A stretch of DNA of 64,000 bases from Fimbriosthenelais zetlandica (taxonomy: Eukaryota): NCBI GenBank assembly GCA_977030845.1, contig OZ365110.1, positions 18,600,001-18,664,000 of the forward strand, written 5' to 3'. The stretch's first letter is position 1, and each line of letters begins with the position of its first letter. The position numbers and the translations under genes were made by a program. Of this stretch, positions 11,884 to 26,357 are shown one piece after another. The notes below the pieces were generated by a model. It saw nothing but the letters and a program-made list of their open reading frames with translations, had not been told where the DNA came from and ran no database searches.

Positions 11884-14804
11884 TGCAGTTGACTACGGCT
11901 CATTAGTACCAAGAATTATTGCTAAACATTTGCATACAAGCATGTACGGAATGTTACTATGCAGCAGTCTTTCTGATTGGACTCTGTTAATCGAGACGCA
12001 CTGCACGAGTAATTCCATTGTCGAAGGCTTTTATCAACTAAAAATAAACAAAATTTGTTACTAGTCATTGTAGGGCTGTTTCAGAACATGAGATAAATGA
12101 TTTCGGTGTGGTCTTTTGATTGGCAAGTCACTCACCAACTCCATCAAAATTCGAACAAATTTGACGTCAGAAAGTGGTCATAAATAAGGTTTCATTAGTT
12201 GGCTTGCTCACAGACAAGTATCAAACTGTGGGTAATTGATTGAACCACAGCGTGCTCAGCATACTCTAGTCTGCCATACTGTTGACACTAATCTGCGTGA
12301 CACTGCATTATGCGTCAGTTTAAAGGTATATATGATATGGAATCCCTTTCACAGATGTTAGTAGGCCCACCAGTATGTATACATGTTTATACAGTCTGGA
12401 GTGTCATTTTAAACCAGGAATCCAATAGAACCTGCAGTTCATGCCAGGTCTATGAATTGATGTGCAGCCATATTAGAAAGCAGCTTCAAGGCTAATAAAT
12501 TGGTAAAAACCTGCGGGATTGCAACTACATGTATTGCTGATGTTGGCGAAATAGTTGAGTGTCATATGTCGATATGACACCTTAACACCTTAGACAAGTA
12601 CATTTTTATACTGAATGCTGCTTTTAAATAGTTCAAATAACATCAAATGTAAAGACGTGTACATTTTATACAATTTAATATAATATGTAACTGATATCAT
12701 ATTCAGAATCTGCTGTTAAGCACAGATTGCGAGGTGAGGAGATAGTTGTTCATATACAATATGCCAGGCACATTTACATGGCCTTAGGCTAGTTGGGAGA
12801 TGGCTGTTGGCAAGAGTCATTCCAAATGTCAGCCATTTCTGCCTTTCTGAGACACTGAGATGGTGTATGTGACCCCTCGATCAACCTCTATGTGGAGGTG
12901 GCCATATCAGGTGCGGTCAACATCTAAATCGAGGAATCAATATTTAAAGGTGTCCCGGATATAAGGGAGAGTGTGTGAGACATATCCCGGCTATCATGTA
13001 TAAAACCTGCTGGCCCTAACAGCCACCTCACATCATATCCCAGGTAATCACCCGAGGGAGTCTGGGGAGCTAATAAAATATTCGGAGAAGCTGCTGATTT
13101 CGTTTTCTCCAAGTGCACAACCACCATCGCCTCCACCGTCTTTTTCTCAGCTATTCCTCCTCAAAGCATAGTCACAAATGTACCCATAGGAATTTATGAC
13201 TAGGGTGTAATTGTTAATCAATTGAGGAAAGTCACTGGCTTTTATATGACATTAAGATGCCGAGATTTTGAAATTTAATAGGTGATGCATGGGTTCCCTT
13301 GGCACTTCTTCTCCTTTCAATATGTTGCTCTCTTCAAAGGTTCCTTGATTCTAATCCTGCCCCAGGCATTCATAGGTGGAATCGATGTATAATATGAAAG
13401 TGCTTTTATCCAAAGGCATTGCTGTGTAGTATACAAACTGTGCCACTGAATAATTTGAAACACGCCATGGAGCTAGCGAAGTGTTGCTCAGTTGTTTTTG
13501 AACGTCATATTTTTGCTACTTTGACCAAGCGTTGAGGTATATGTGCAAGAGTCCTTTAAACAATAGCTAACGACCAGCAATATAGAACTTCAATTAGTAG
13601 TTCAGTTTGGAGAAGGAAAGTGGCAATAAAAATGAGCACCATTGTACATAGACAATACTGAATGCATTTGGTATGAATAGAATGCACCAATTTCTCCATA
13701 AAACTGATAATCTATTTAATTTTTCTTTCATATCTAATGTTTTTATATCCTCCTGCTCAGTGAGCACCAGCAGTTTTTTCTGAGTTGGATGCTGATTTTG
13801 ACCCTTTGACTCAAAGGCATTGCCACATTTCAATGACATCTGGGCCTAATCGATGATAAGGCTGAAGTATGTGGTTGGTGGACATGTGGACAAAGGGCAC
13901 TGAGATGGGAGCTGACCAATGGTAGTCTGATGCCACAGGTCAAAGTAGGTCGGGGATCCAGTGGGGCAATGCCGCAAGGTTAATGCCAGGGGTCATAAAC
14001 AGTTGGCGTCATGTCTGTTATGATGCTCATAGATGAATAGAATAGGAGATAGGTCTAATGCTCATTCCTTGACCAAAGTAAAAGAACCCTCATTATTGTA
14101 ACTTGATTGATGTAAGTATCTGGTAAGTATAGAAAACACTCCTGTCAGACATGGACTGGTGGGCGTCAGATGATAATATTATTTATGAAATATAGATGCT
14201 GATCCTCTTGCCAGTGTGGTTGTTTGCAGACTATGCTATAGATGTTCTGACCAGACAACCGTATGCGTTAATGTGGAAACAGGACTGCAGATTTAGGAGC
14301 ATATATATGATTTATTTTTAGGCTCAAATTTGGCTCTTAAGGCTCCCTTCAGTGGCTGTACAGACAAGTAAATTCTTACTAATGTCAAGATAAAACAAGA
14401 CTCTTCTCACCAGATACCCACTGTGGCAAATTTTATATTTCCATTTGCCTGAACGATGATTATGTTAAGGCTTTTTCAAAGCTGTTATTATGGCTTTGAG
14501 GCACTCGAGACGGATTCATTTTTCGGTGATGGTGTTCATTTTCAAGTTATATTACAAAAGTTATTTCTTCCGATGTTTATCAATATTGCTTCAAATCAAC
14601 AATCATTGAGCATTATATTTATAAAAAAAAAGATCTCATCCCCAGGGTCAGTCATGGCATGTCATTCCAATGAAGAATAAATCATTCTTTTTAACTTCAG
14701 ATTGTAATGAAAATTCCGGTTATCTCCCTTCACTCCTCTAGATGTCTATCTTTACAACTAAATGTAATTGTTCATTTAATTATTTCATCGTTTTTATATT
14801 CCAG

Positions 14805-15239
14805 TGGCGAAATCGTCGGGTGAGGACTGTTCTCACGACCCAGGACACAGACATTTGGTTGCGGGCGAGGGCTATCTAGCTGGGACTGTCTTACAAGAGC
14901 CTTCGTTGACCGCTGCCCTCAATGTAGCTTGTCCGTGGAAAATAACTGCTCAACCAGGCCAGTCTATTAACATATCTCTTGTTAACTTCAACTCTACACG
15001 GACGGTTCCTTACTCCAGCTATGGTCATGGTATTAACACAGCTATGGGAAGCACACATCGAGGACCATGTTTAGACGTAGCCACTGTGATGGATGGTGAT
15101 TCTGAAGAATCCATCCAGTTGTGTCGCCATCAGCAAAGAGAAACGACCGTCTTCGTTTCTAGGACTCATGATATTACGGTCCATCTACCACAAGCATCAC
15201 AGCCCCATGGCACGGGATTGTTTCTCCTTAGATATAAAG
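14805..15239 (+). CDS. Exon encoding CUB-like domain
   Basis: Acceptor tttttatattccag| and donor |gttagt; 145 codons, phase 1-1. Contains CUB hallmarks CPWKITAQPGQSINISLVNF, four Cys, and C-terminal SRTHDITV...FLLRYK. Confidence 0.9.
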
Positions 15240-18134
15240 GTTAGTCGAGCTTGTATTATCCACCGTAGATAAGCCATTAAGGCTCTTGGAATTGGGAGGG
15301 AAAGGGATAGATGAGCAGCGGGAAGGAGATAAGCCATCATCTAGGTTCACTGGCTTGATATGTTACCTGGATTGATATCAATTCATCTCGTGGTGGAATA
15401 AGATATAAAATATGGTACCGAGACCAGCAGAGGTCAGGCAGATCTATCTACTAAGACCTTATGTCTAGTGTAGGATTCTCATTTTTATCATACTCTCTCA
15501 GCCATATCTAGATCTGTCTAGGTTGCCACTCAAACCTACTCTTGAGAGTATCCGCCTGGAATACATATACCAACAAAGAAGGGGGATGAAATACATTACG
15601 GAGGAAAAGTATATCAAACATCATCAGCAGACAAGCTCCTTATCAGTGGCCACTTTTTGATTCACTGATGCAGGATGGCAAGTGTTTTTGACATGTCCGT
15701 ACGCAGACAGATAACATACAGGCAGAATAATGAAGCTTCACATAAATACAATATTTACAATGTCGTGCGCATATAAATCATGGTTTATTCTTATACTAAA
15801 TGCATGGAACTAATACACCTTCATCATTTTTTGTAGGTTCATTCATATAATAATACAAACTATATCTTATATAGGGCATCTTATTACATACAAAACCAGT
15901 AGGAAGTATTGCCAAGTTCTGTGAGAAAAGGTATTTTGTCTCTGTACCTTTACCCTATAGGCCTTCGATGTGAGGGCAAACAAAAGAGACCGAGGTTTTC
16001 CATTGAACGGTTATCCTTACATTGCACCACAGAAAAGGACCCCAGGTTTGCTATTTATAAAAAAAACCCTGCTCAGATCCCTGAAGATCAATTGTTCCTC
16101 TGGCCAGTGCCTTGCCTTCTCTCTTTCTTTCACACCCTCCCTACCCATTCCCAAGGTTCCAGCTTCACCCCCAGACACACTTGAAGCCCCTTTCTCTGTC
16201 GAGTCAGGCAGTCGCTCCCTTCAACCCGATGCTATTACCACTAGACATTGAAAGAAATGGGTGCCCGCTCTTGCATTTTTAGGAGCAGGGCGCCATCTGA
16301 TAAACAAAAGCACCGTCACTAAATCAATAGATTACAAAAATGGGATCCAACACTTTGTTAAGATAATAAAACCAAGGAATTTTGAAATTAGTTCCCGCAG
16401 ACTTTCAAAGACATTAACCTTTTTGAGTGCACTTATTTTAAGGACAGATCGATGGTTTTATTTTGAAAGCCTTTCATTCAGCTGGTCGCTTCTCTGCGGG
16501 CAAAAATAGACAACGTAGACATTAAAGGTTTACTTTGGAAAGCATCACACTAAGAATCGGCCATCATCTATGTCAATGGGTTGACAGACACTAACGTATT
16601 AACATGTTTGGGATCCCTTAAGCTAATGGCGCCAACGTCAATTTTGTAAGAAGACTTCCATAAAATTCATGGATAGAATAAGCTCGTCAATGTTCAGAAA
16701 AACGTCCTTTCCTTTCTGTATACCTGTGGCATTATGAAGAAAGTCTATGGACATCGCCTGTCATCTTTTTGGTTCAATATTTCCGTCGTAAAGGCCATGG
16801 TAGACAGAGTAATGTTTCATCCCTGGGGTGCCACCGGTCCTTTCTTCGCAAGACACAAAGATGGGATTAGTATTACCTTATTAGCTTACAATGCGGACAT
16901 GTCAAGGACAACTCATGCTTAGTTGCCTTTCCACCTCATCTTTTCCATCACACCAGTACAATGTGCAAGATGCAAACCCATAACAACATGACTCACTGAG
17001 CCTTTACAAGGATTTTATTTTACCTGCCATCATTCAAATCCGGATTACTTCTCCACCAGGAGAGATTTTCTTTTCACCAGCCTTCTGGGCCCTTCCATTC
17101 TATTCACCTGAAGCTTTCAGGTTTTTTTTATGGCTGCCGAATCAACAGGGGATGCCTGTTGTGTTGCTACATGACTTGAGGCAGTAGATCATACTCCAAA
17201 GGGATCCAAATGAGGTGTTGCATTTCATCATTAAGCACTTAAATGGCCGCCGTAGTTGAATTCCTGATTACCTAATAAATGGAGGTAGTGTTGTTTTGGA
17301 AATTGTTCATCTTCATAAAGGTTCTTGTGATTTAGAAAGACGATAGCAGGTTGATATTTGGAGAGGTAGTTTTTTATTTCTTGCGCTATCAGTTTGTTTG
17401 GTATACTGAATCCCTTGTTCCGCTTTGTGTTGTGTGAGTGGCAGCATCAGTTGGCACCTAAATTAAGTCACCAGGGTGAGCAGGTCATGCACCTCCCTTT
17501 TTCCACGTGTGATAACGTGGATCAGTAGCCACTAAATGGTGTGTACACTGAGCCAATGAGATCAATACACTTCCAAAATAAAACGGATGTACGCTGAAAT
17601 CGCGATCAATGCCAATCAGCCCACATCAGCCACGCGAAAATTCCCCTCTGCTTGCGACAGCAGCCGATGGAGGGGTGTTTACCATACGGGGTCCACAGTC
17701 CCCTGACACCTCTCCCAGCGGAAGCTCATGCACAGAGTGGAACGCCTCGCCATAAATGTCCCCGTGATCCGGCTGGAGGCGATGGGTGGTAATATCCAGT
17801 CTATATCTGATAAGTGGGCATCAGTTTCAACATGGAAGGAGATCCTCCGAGCGGCAGGACTCGTCCTTGAAACAGGATCCAAGAGTTATTCCTGAAGCCC
17901 CTGCTTCGTTACATGGACGGGCTGGTTTACTGGCATTTTTACAAAGAGTAGGAGTTGGCAGTATTTTGGGAACAAAAATGTATATGAAAACACTCCAACT
18001 TATTATCAGGTTTCTTGACTTTTAGGCCTTGGTGGTACATCGGTCTTAGCAATGTAAACATACATACTTCTTGGTTGTAGCGTATTTCATGCCTATTGAG
18101 ATCTCTCACGCTCTCTCTCTTTCAACGTGACCAG

Positions 18135-18201
18135 GGGCCTGTTTCAGAACAACCATTAACAATGCTAAGTCTATGGGGAATTTTTGCGCTGAAACGGGCC
18201 C
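18135..18201. mobile_element. 67-bp mini-MITE, PIF/Harbinger-like
   Basis: 13-bp TIR GGGCC(T/C)GTTTCAG with 12/13 match. CAG on both flanks (18132-18134 and 18202-18204) is consistent with a 3-bp TSD. Confidence 0.6.
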
Positions 18202-19386
18202 CAGACCTTCCAGAGTTAACTTCCATAATATCGTCATTCCTATGACTACCATGAAAGTAATCATGCTAATGCTCTTCTAGCTAAATAGGAAGGGCAAACA
18301 TGAGTGAATCCTAATTAAACAGAGTATCCTACCTAAATGTGTCCTTATCTAGTATATATGAATCCATGGAAGGGACTGGTGGTTGTAGGCATTGGATAAG
18401 TGAGAAAATATGAATACAAGCAAAACAAATTTTAGCATGGATGAACAGTCACTGTAGAGTATATTTTAAATGTATGGATACCAGTAATATTGAATAATAT
18501 GGCATACGCATTTGGCAGCTGCCTTTGCTGAGTCTGCCAGTAATTCAAAGCAAAGGTGTAGAATGCATGTATTCATGGCCCAGTGTGTGAAGAAGACATA
18601 TATTCCTGTCATGTTTTGTAAGGCTCCTCTTCACAATATCAAGGCCAAGTCTTAGCTGATGCACAGCAGCCCTCTGAAAAAAATTGCCAATAAGAAGAAC
18701 CTATCTATTGGCTGTGACTCATACTATATTTGGCCTTATCCGGTAGACGTGTCAACCCCGCGGTTCAAAATGGAATAGCTGTGTAATGTAGGCTCGATAT
18801 AGTCAGAAGAAAAAGCCTCCTCCCCAACACAAAGATACCAAGAGCTGCTGGCCTGGCTTTATCCATACATGCAATGGGATGTACAAGGCACACACTCGGC
18901 GGTAAGTGTCTTGGCACGGGATTGCGGAGATGCCAAGGCTATCCATACAAGGCAGGCGATCTCAGCACACCGAGAAAGAAGATTGGGACGCAGCCACCTC
19001 TGACCTGTCCCACAAAATAACTCATAGCATATATTGACTCAGATCCCTGGTGGGAAACAACAAATTGATGTCCACGTCATTCGTCACGTGTTTTTATGGT
19101 ATACTGTGTGATATTGATGGATAGGTGAGGGTGGCAAGCAGGGGTCATTTATTTGACGCCTGAGAAATTCACTGCCATGATGATTTATGTGGACACTAGT
19201 GACTTGAACATAAAATGCGCAAGTTTTAATGTTTTATAATCAACAGATTATGATTCCTCCCCCTTTTTAGGGAATTAATTAAGGGTAAGTGAGGAATTTG
19301 AATACGCTGGTATGGTTCACAGCAGGATCTGGTCACATGACCTGTTACCCTGATACGGTTTCCGTTATCTTCTGACTTTACCCTAA

Positions 19387-19700
19387 TCGAAAGTTCCCTC
19401 GTTAGAAAGAAATGTTTACGAAGAAACTAATAGGCTATATCCTCCAGGAAGTGCTATATTTAACCTCGAGATTGCTATCACATCCTCTCCTTCCCACTCC
19501 ACTTTCCTTGACTTGGAGGTAATCAGTTTCAACGAGCCTTGAATGTTCCTTTGGCACGGGCATTTGTGCGACAGCTCTGACCTAGATCCCATAAATCTCA
19601 AGTTTAAAGTGCTCAGTAACCATTGCCATTGGCTTCGCTTCAAGCATGGGAAGACCTCAAAAGGCTTCACACGTGTGGATATAACCACAAAGTAAAACTT
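19387..19700 (+). pseudogene. Decayed Penelope-like retroelement RT/thumb fragment
   Basis: One frame reads SL...RLYPP...HSTFLDLEVI...*...LCDSSDLDPINLKFKVLSN. After a frameshift it reads LKRLHTCGY. These resemble, in the correct order, PLE RT motifs (IYP, SFLDL, LYDKRDDF...N...SN, RL..xGY). Recognised by eye only. Confidence 0.4.
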
Positions 19701-19984
19701 ATCATTAGTGGGACCTCATCATGGCTTCAAAGAGCTTCTCATCAAGAAGATACTTCTTTGCATGGTTTGGGAACAGAGACGTCTGTGGGCAGCTTCCCGC
19801 TTTCAAACCCCTCTTCAACTGCTTTGGACAAGTCGCGAGTCAGTCGTTTTAAGATGGGCCCAGGTTCTGATCTGCAAATTAGTGGTTGGAGTGTGGCCCA
19901 GGTTGTGACTGGATGGCTTTGATCAGGTGTTACCCGATTTTTGTCATGCTGTGTCAGGTTACTGAAGAAGCCGTGGAGACAGGG

Positions 19985-20251
19985 TCATCTTAGCTTTGAA
20001 TCCTTGTGCTGTGTCCTTGGAGATGATGTTGGGCAATTAGTGGCAGAACAACAGACTACCATGGCTAACACTGCAAGTATTATATTATGAAGATTAAGCC
20101 ATAGGGCATAGCAAGGATTAGGAAACTTTTCATAACACTTGATTATTGACTGGCAAATGATTCTCATCAAGAAAACAGGCCTCTGCAACATGTCGCTAAT
20201 AATATTATTCAAGCCATGCATCACATATGTCGCGAGATTCAGTTCACTCAA
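19985..20251 (-). pseudogene. Possible decayed CR1/L2-type LINE endonuclease N-terminus
   Basis: ORF begins xSELNLATYVMHGLN...RIICQ, resembling the APE start motif L..xSYNMHGxN...IICxQE. Downstream APE motifs were not recovered. Confidence 0.3.
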
Positions 20252-23200
20252 TCGTTCTATGCGAAGTGGAAATGATTTAATCCAGTTTATGTTGTGAAAG
20301 AAGGGTTGGGTAGATCACTCTATTTGAAAGTAGCTTTAGTGACCTACTGATTTACTGGCCTATTAATATATTTGGTTACTCATTTTGTGAGAACAATGCC
20401 TTATCATTATTTAAGCAGGGAGGGAATAGTCCTCGTCAACAATTCACTTTAGATATATGAACCGGCTTCAAAGCCCAGAGCTGGAAAGACTGGGGCCCTT
20501 GATGAGATCGGGTCTCAGCTTAAGTATAGAAATCGTCCTACTTCAAAGGGACACACATTTATGTACACCCTACGGTCTATATTGCATATTCATATATATA
20601 TAGATCCTTCTTTCGCTTCATGCCACATTGAAAGACCTGGAGATGTCTTATTCAATGATGCAGACAGAGTCTATAGCCATAAATTAATTTTGAATGCGCG
20701 GTTTATGCTCAATATCGACAAATCCTCGAATTAACAGACTGACTAATTATCAGAAGGGAAATGATAAATATGTGCCATATTTCCCATATGGATCAGCCTC
20801 CCCAGCATCAATCCTATTTGCAAAATACTCCTACAGCAGTGCTGATTTATGCTGTGCTTTGCGGATTGGTAAATGCCATTATCATGGTGTTATCATGACC
20901 TAGGTCAGGGCAACCAGGGGAAAGGTCACCCGGTGCCCATCTTTCCCGCTTCCCTTCACTGCAGTAAGATTGATAAACCCAAACCACAGGTGGAAAGCGT
21001 GTTTCTCTTGCTTCCTATGATTTATAGGATAGGCCTTTTGTAAAGGAAGACCACATCGATTTTTCATTTAGCACATGTACTTTAATTTACGGTTGTGATG
21101 TTCAGAAGAATGCGTTGTCAATTTTTTTTACAGGAGTCGTTGATCATATGTTACAGATACCCTTATGTATAGCGTGATCTGTAATCCAATCAAACACTGT
21201 CAAGATAATGATAGCAAATTGAAACCTGTGCACACAGAAAATGGATATAGATTAAAACTTGTCCATACACCATACTTCCCGGGAAAAGGGTACATCGATC
21301 ATGAGAAATGAAATTTCTTTGCCTCCAGCGGAGAAAAGTTTAACATTAAGGGTTCTGTCCAACCATCAACCATCAATCTGTTGCGGGAGCGAGAACAATG
21401 TTCTGATTTTTTTCTGCACGCATGCCCAATTTCCCAAAACTGACAAGGCGTGAGCTGAATCGAGCTGAGGTAAACACGATGACTAATACATCTAGCTCGC
21501 ACCCTGCTCTGAAAGGTAAAAGCGTGAGAGCAGCTCACCCCTTGCTGTGCTGCTATGGATGGAGTTGCTTCGTGCATGTCACCCAGCAGACCTCACCTTT
21601 AGGATACGAGGCCTACGACCAGGCAAAGAGCAGGTAGGGGGCCTCGGTCAGCCCTGCTTCCTGCTTTTGAACCGTCTAATGCATCTGTATCCATCCATCA
21701 TCAGAGCTGGACACTCCTGGCTTGGTTATCTTCACTAAAGGTCCTTCGAAAAAGTCCCCCTGGATGACAAATGACTTCTTGGCTGAAGCAAATACCATCG
21801 TCGGAATGTCATCCCTCTTTGATGTTTATCTATAAGTGTAAGGGTATTGAATTTGTAATGGGAGACGAGGGAACTGTTTATGTATGATAGGCAATGGGCT
21901 GTTCTCCTGGTATGAACAGGGGCGAAGTGGCTTCAGCAGATATGGAGGAGGCAAAGCATTGTTCCTGAAACTAACCCCTTGCTAAGGTTGGCTGCATGAC
22001 GTTAGCCGGACATCGGTCAATCAGATGTGGCATGCCAACTACAACCACTGCATTATCCGACCAACAAGAACTCATTGTTTCACATCGGAGAACCCCCAGG
22101 AACAAATTGCTCTAATGTTATCTAGATTGCCGTTTCCCCCCTATATGGGCTAAGGTTACAAGACCTCAGCAGATTATGTTGCTCGAGCTACGGGAAAATG
22201 AGAAACTTTCCTTGGTAATGGGCAAAAGTGGTTTATGGGCTTCAGCTTTAACAACGCCATTTAAAGCAGATTATATCCAAGGAGACTCAATCAACAGTGT
22301 AATTCCATACAATGGTATGTGGCTGTTTGTCAGCAGGGATGGAATGAGACTGAAAAGTGCGTGCCCAATAATCCCACTGAGATAAAACTAATACGACTCT
22401 TGGCAAACCATCGATCGCTGCCAGAGAAGCAATGTAGCCCACATTCCATTTCTTTATCATTACTCAATGGGGACGTACACCACATGGGAACAAGTCCTTA
22501 GTATAATATAAAGATGATGGATATTTGCTGCAGTCAGCGAGAAAATGCCTATATTGTTATCCATTAATGTGTGTAGCGTATGGGATTTAATTTTCTTATA
22601 ATATTACACACTACTAATTATTTATATTAGAAAGTAATTGGCTGGAGGGAAACCACGATTCCTGATCGCCCGGTTTGTTTTACACTAGAGGTCGGCTGGT
22701 CATTTCAGCAACCAATACCTCCATAGGCTTGGAGATAAATTGGCTTTCAAGAGGCACGTCAATTATCATTAGTCTCATGCGCCAATTGTCTTCGGTGTCA
22801 TCATTAGTTGAGAGGTGAGGTGGCTCACTTGATCGATTGTCTAATTACAGCCGTAGAGTAAGGGATCGCTGATGTTCACTCCATACCCGCCACTATTAGT
22901 AGCATCCACGTTTAAAGGTGATTCAGTGCAGGTTCTTTTATTCCCCAGGCGCTACGACTATGAGGATAGCCATGTTTCCAAAGTAATTTCATCCCAACCA
23001 CAACAATATATCAGAGGTTATTGTTCAGGCATCCTTAGTCTATCAGAGTTTCTTTGAAGTCGGGGAGTATATTACAAACTCTGGAGGGCATTGTGGTCCA
23101 CACTGATAGACTGCCTTTCAACTTAAGAGCGGGTACTTTAATGAGGCATTTTATTAGCCTGATTTAACGAATATTGTCTTGAAACATCCCCAAAGATGGA

Positions 23201-25892
23201 GTACCCTCTCCATTTATGGATGTTTCATAAAACATATTAAAATACATAAGCATGAGATACTTCATTCAACAGGGTAGGCCTACACATGTATGTATACGTT
23301 TGCTTATGTGTATCTATAAGTGCAGCTGTGGTTTTCCCAATGCTACCAGATTCATCTTCTACATCTTGTACAGGCGAGGTCCTATAGTCAAGATGAGCCC
23401 TGGAACCAGACTCAGATAAAGATAGGAGCATGTCATGTTGTCCTAGGTCTGGGCAAATTGTTTTATGATTGACGATAGAGCAACCCCCGTGAAAATGTGC
23501 ACTTGATAACATACTAAATCTGAGGTCGTACTACAGGAATTGCTTTGCAAGAACAGGCTAGGTCTGGGAGCAGCCGGTTCCCTGACTCGATACCACCGCA
23601 ATGACAGGTCATTATCAGGAGGCAGTATCTGAGACCTTTCCTTGCTGACTTGACAGTGGCAAAATCCAGGCAAATTTGTCAATCACTGATGGGTTGAAAT
23701 GATATGTCACGAGGCCGCTTCTATGTAATTTGTAGCAGGGAGCAGATTGGGGGCCAGGAGGGGGCCTGCATTTCACCAGCCTACCAGCCAGCTTTGTAGC
23801 CTCTAGTGAGGTCTGCAATCACTTGAGGCCTTCTGTCATTGGGGGACGGAACAAACAAAACCCTCAAATGTGGAGATTTTGGCTCTGTTACATAAGGGTC
23901 TGATATTGAACGCAGATTGCTATTGATACCAGAAACAGATATTCGGAGACCTTCATTGTTCAATCCGTGTTTGTTTTTTGCCCCTCCAAACTTGTATATG
24001 TTTTTGAACTAGGATCTCAACACGCAACATGGGATTGGTCCCTTGTATTGACATACAAATCGTAACTATCATTCCATATGCGATGAATTTCACCAGATGT
24101 ATGTACACTGTTGCTTGTGACTGGACATACAAGGTAGGGTATCTCATGATTCCATTATGCTATCGGGGTACTTATCTCTGACTGACCAAATCATCCACAG
24201 CCAAATATTCAAAGGCAATTGGGAGACACCATTTTTGTTTGTCAAGTGGACTGCATCATTACATTGGTCATGAAACCAATGCCTCCAAAGTAGGCTGAAA
24301 AAAGCCCATTGAGTGTGTCTGCAAAACACCAGCATGTTTCCTCTGGCAATAAGCTGCGCCCAAAGATGTTAATGTTATTTTCTCCATTCAGACCATCGTG
24401 TGATTGTCCACAAAGGATTCGTCACGGCCCTGTTTGCCACCAATCCCTGGCAGAGTGTGCAGGAATCTTGCGGCAGTGGAATGTGATGACATTCCGTGCC
24501 CGGTTTTATGTTTTTCTCAACTTCTCTCAGGCCCATTACTACCACTACGACCGAAACGCCTCCCTGCCAATGTGGAAGGCCCCTCTCTCTCTCCCTCCTC
24601 AGGAGGTGGTTGGCTTAGCTTCAATAGGTTTTCGAGCTCTCAGCAAGGCCTCGTTGAGCAAGAAGCGAAGAGATGCAATTGGCAACCATGTGGATTGGCG
24701 AGTGTGAAGAGGCACCCGTGAGGCAAATTTCTAAAACCCCTCTGAGGCACATAGTAAGCTGGCTCTGTGGTGATCCCTTGAAAAATAGCCTCTTTTCATC
24801 TTCCCATTTCCAATCCTGCACACCCACAGGGGCTCGTGCAACCTCCCTGCATCAAACCAGCCATTCCCCTTTCATTTTTGAGTTCTCGTTTAAGTAGCTA
24901 TAAGAGGAAGGCATGGTGTGAATAGACCCCATCGTAATTACCAAATCGGAAGGCGTTTAATTGATCTAAGTAGAATTCGAAACGACTGGAATGGCTTGTT
25001 CATTGCAGTAGGGCATCTGCTGCAGTTTTCTGTTAGGATCTATTAATGACTAGTGATATTTTGTCCTTACATTGGCAATTGCACCTCATCTGCTTAATGT
25101 GGGTGAAACATGCCTGTCGTCATTCAGCCCTCAGAGATAATAAATGTCGTAAATAGTAGATAGTAATTAGTTAAGTTGTCTCCCAAAGGCAGAACCCTGA
25201 GCTTTGTATTGTGATGAAACTTATAATATCGCTCAGGAATCATTCATCTAACCTCCCATGTAAGGGCTCCCTAATGAGCACTACAAGTCTGGCAGGACTA
25301 TCAATGATTTCCCCGTCATATATAAAGTGCTGCACAGATTATAGTTCTGCCCAGGGTACATGCACATCGTGTATGCCAAACATAGCATGGCTCTAACCAA
25401 GGCATGGTTTTATAATTATAATAGGACATCAATTCATAGCCTTGTCCCTATAAAAGAAACAAAATCCATCTAGCCAAATTTGCTTGGAAGCAACATGTGA
25501 TTTTGTACATGATGATGGTATAAAAATAAGATTGTTGTTGGTTGACAACAACTAGCGTAGATTTGGAGTCATGGCTGACCTTTGATGACCCAGTTAGCAG
25601 CACTTATGTTCCAAGAAAGAAGATGTGGGAATCTAATCAGAGGACACATTGGTATTCATGCACAACTATTTCAACCCATGGTCCTTAGAACATCATGGTT
25701 TCTCTTTACGAGGAGGTGCTTTTATGGTTGTCTGTGTATGGCCACACTTACTTCATCTCAAACATAGCTATAGGCGTTATTGTTACCCGGGGGGGGGACT
25801 CGCTCTATGAGGGTCAGTAGGGGTGTGCCGCCCTTTAGGGTAGCCTTTTTAGCCTTTTGGTATAGCCTTGACCCCTTATCAAAAGCCATCCG

Positions 25893-25922
25893 AGTCGACC
25901 GAGGTATAGACCTCGGTCGACT
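25893..25922. repeat. Perfect 13-bp-stem hairpin within the MITE left arm
   Basis: AGTCGACCGAGGT-ATAG-ACCTCGGTCGACT. Confidence 0.9.
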
Positions 25923-26357
25923 TTTTCAGTAGTTGGCCATTTTCTAATGATGAAGTAAATTCATGCGTTTTGAGATCCCAAAATTCAGGCAACATTTCAA
26001 AGTGGAGGATTAACATCCATTGACCAGACCCTGAGTGACCAGTCAGTCAGTCTGTCGCGTGGGGCGTCTGGTTGGTGGGGATAGGACATTGTTGACGGAG
26101 CTTTGATGTGTGAAGTTACGTCATGGGAAGGGAAAGCTTTGTTTTAGCGTCTTTGGGCTGAGGGAGGTTAAAACTGACCCATGATCACTTGTATCACAGG
26201 TGTTTGTAGAAGGGTTGACTTCTTTGGAGTATGAGGTGGGTGGGTGAAGGGGAGGGTGAAGTGACGTGTGGGTTCAATAGGGAAGAAAATGAAATGAGGA
26301 TAACAGAAAAAGATAACGTTAAATTACATTAGATTTAATTGTGAAAGATGGGATTTT

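Noticed and set aside
12559-12580. Perfect 9-bp hairpin GTGTCATAT-GTCG-ATATGACAC as a possible Helitron 3' end
   Set aside because: No CTRR terminus at the expected distance; an isolated short hairpin.
24144-24830. Minus-strand fragments vaguely like a Crypton/DIRS tyrosine recombinase N-terminus (LAESSKTY, TRWSEWR, LNIWLW)
   Set aside because: Fragments are in mixed frames with stops, and no catalytic R-H-R-H/W-Y residues were found.
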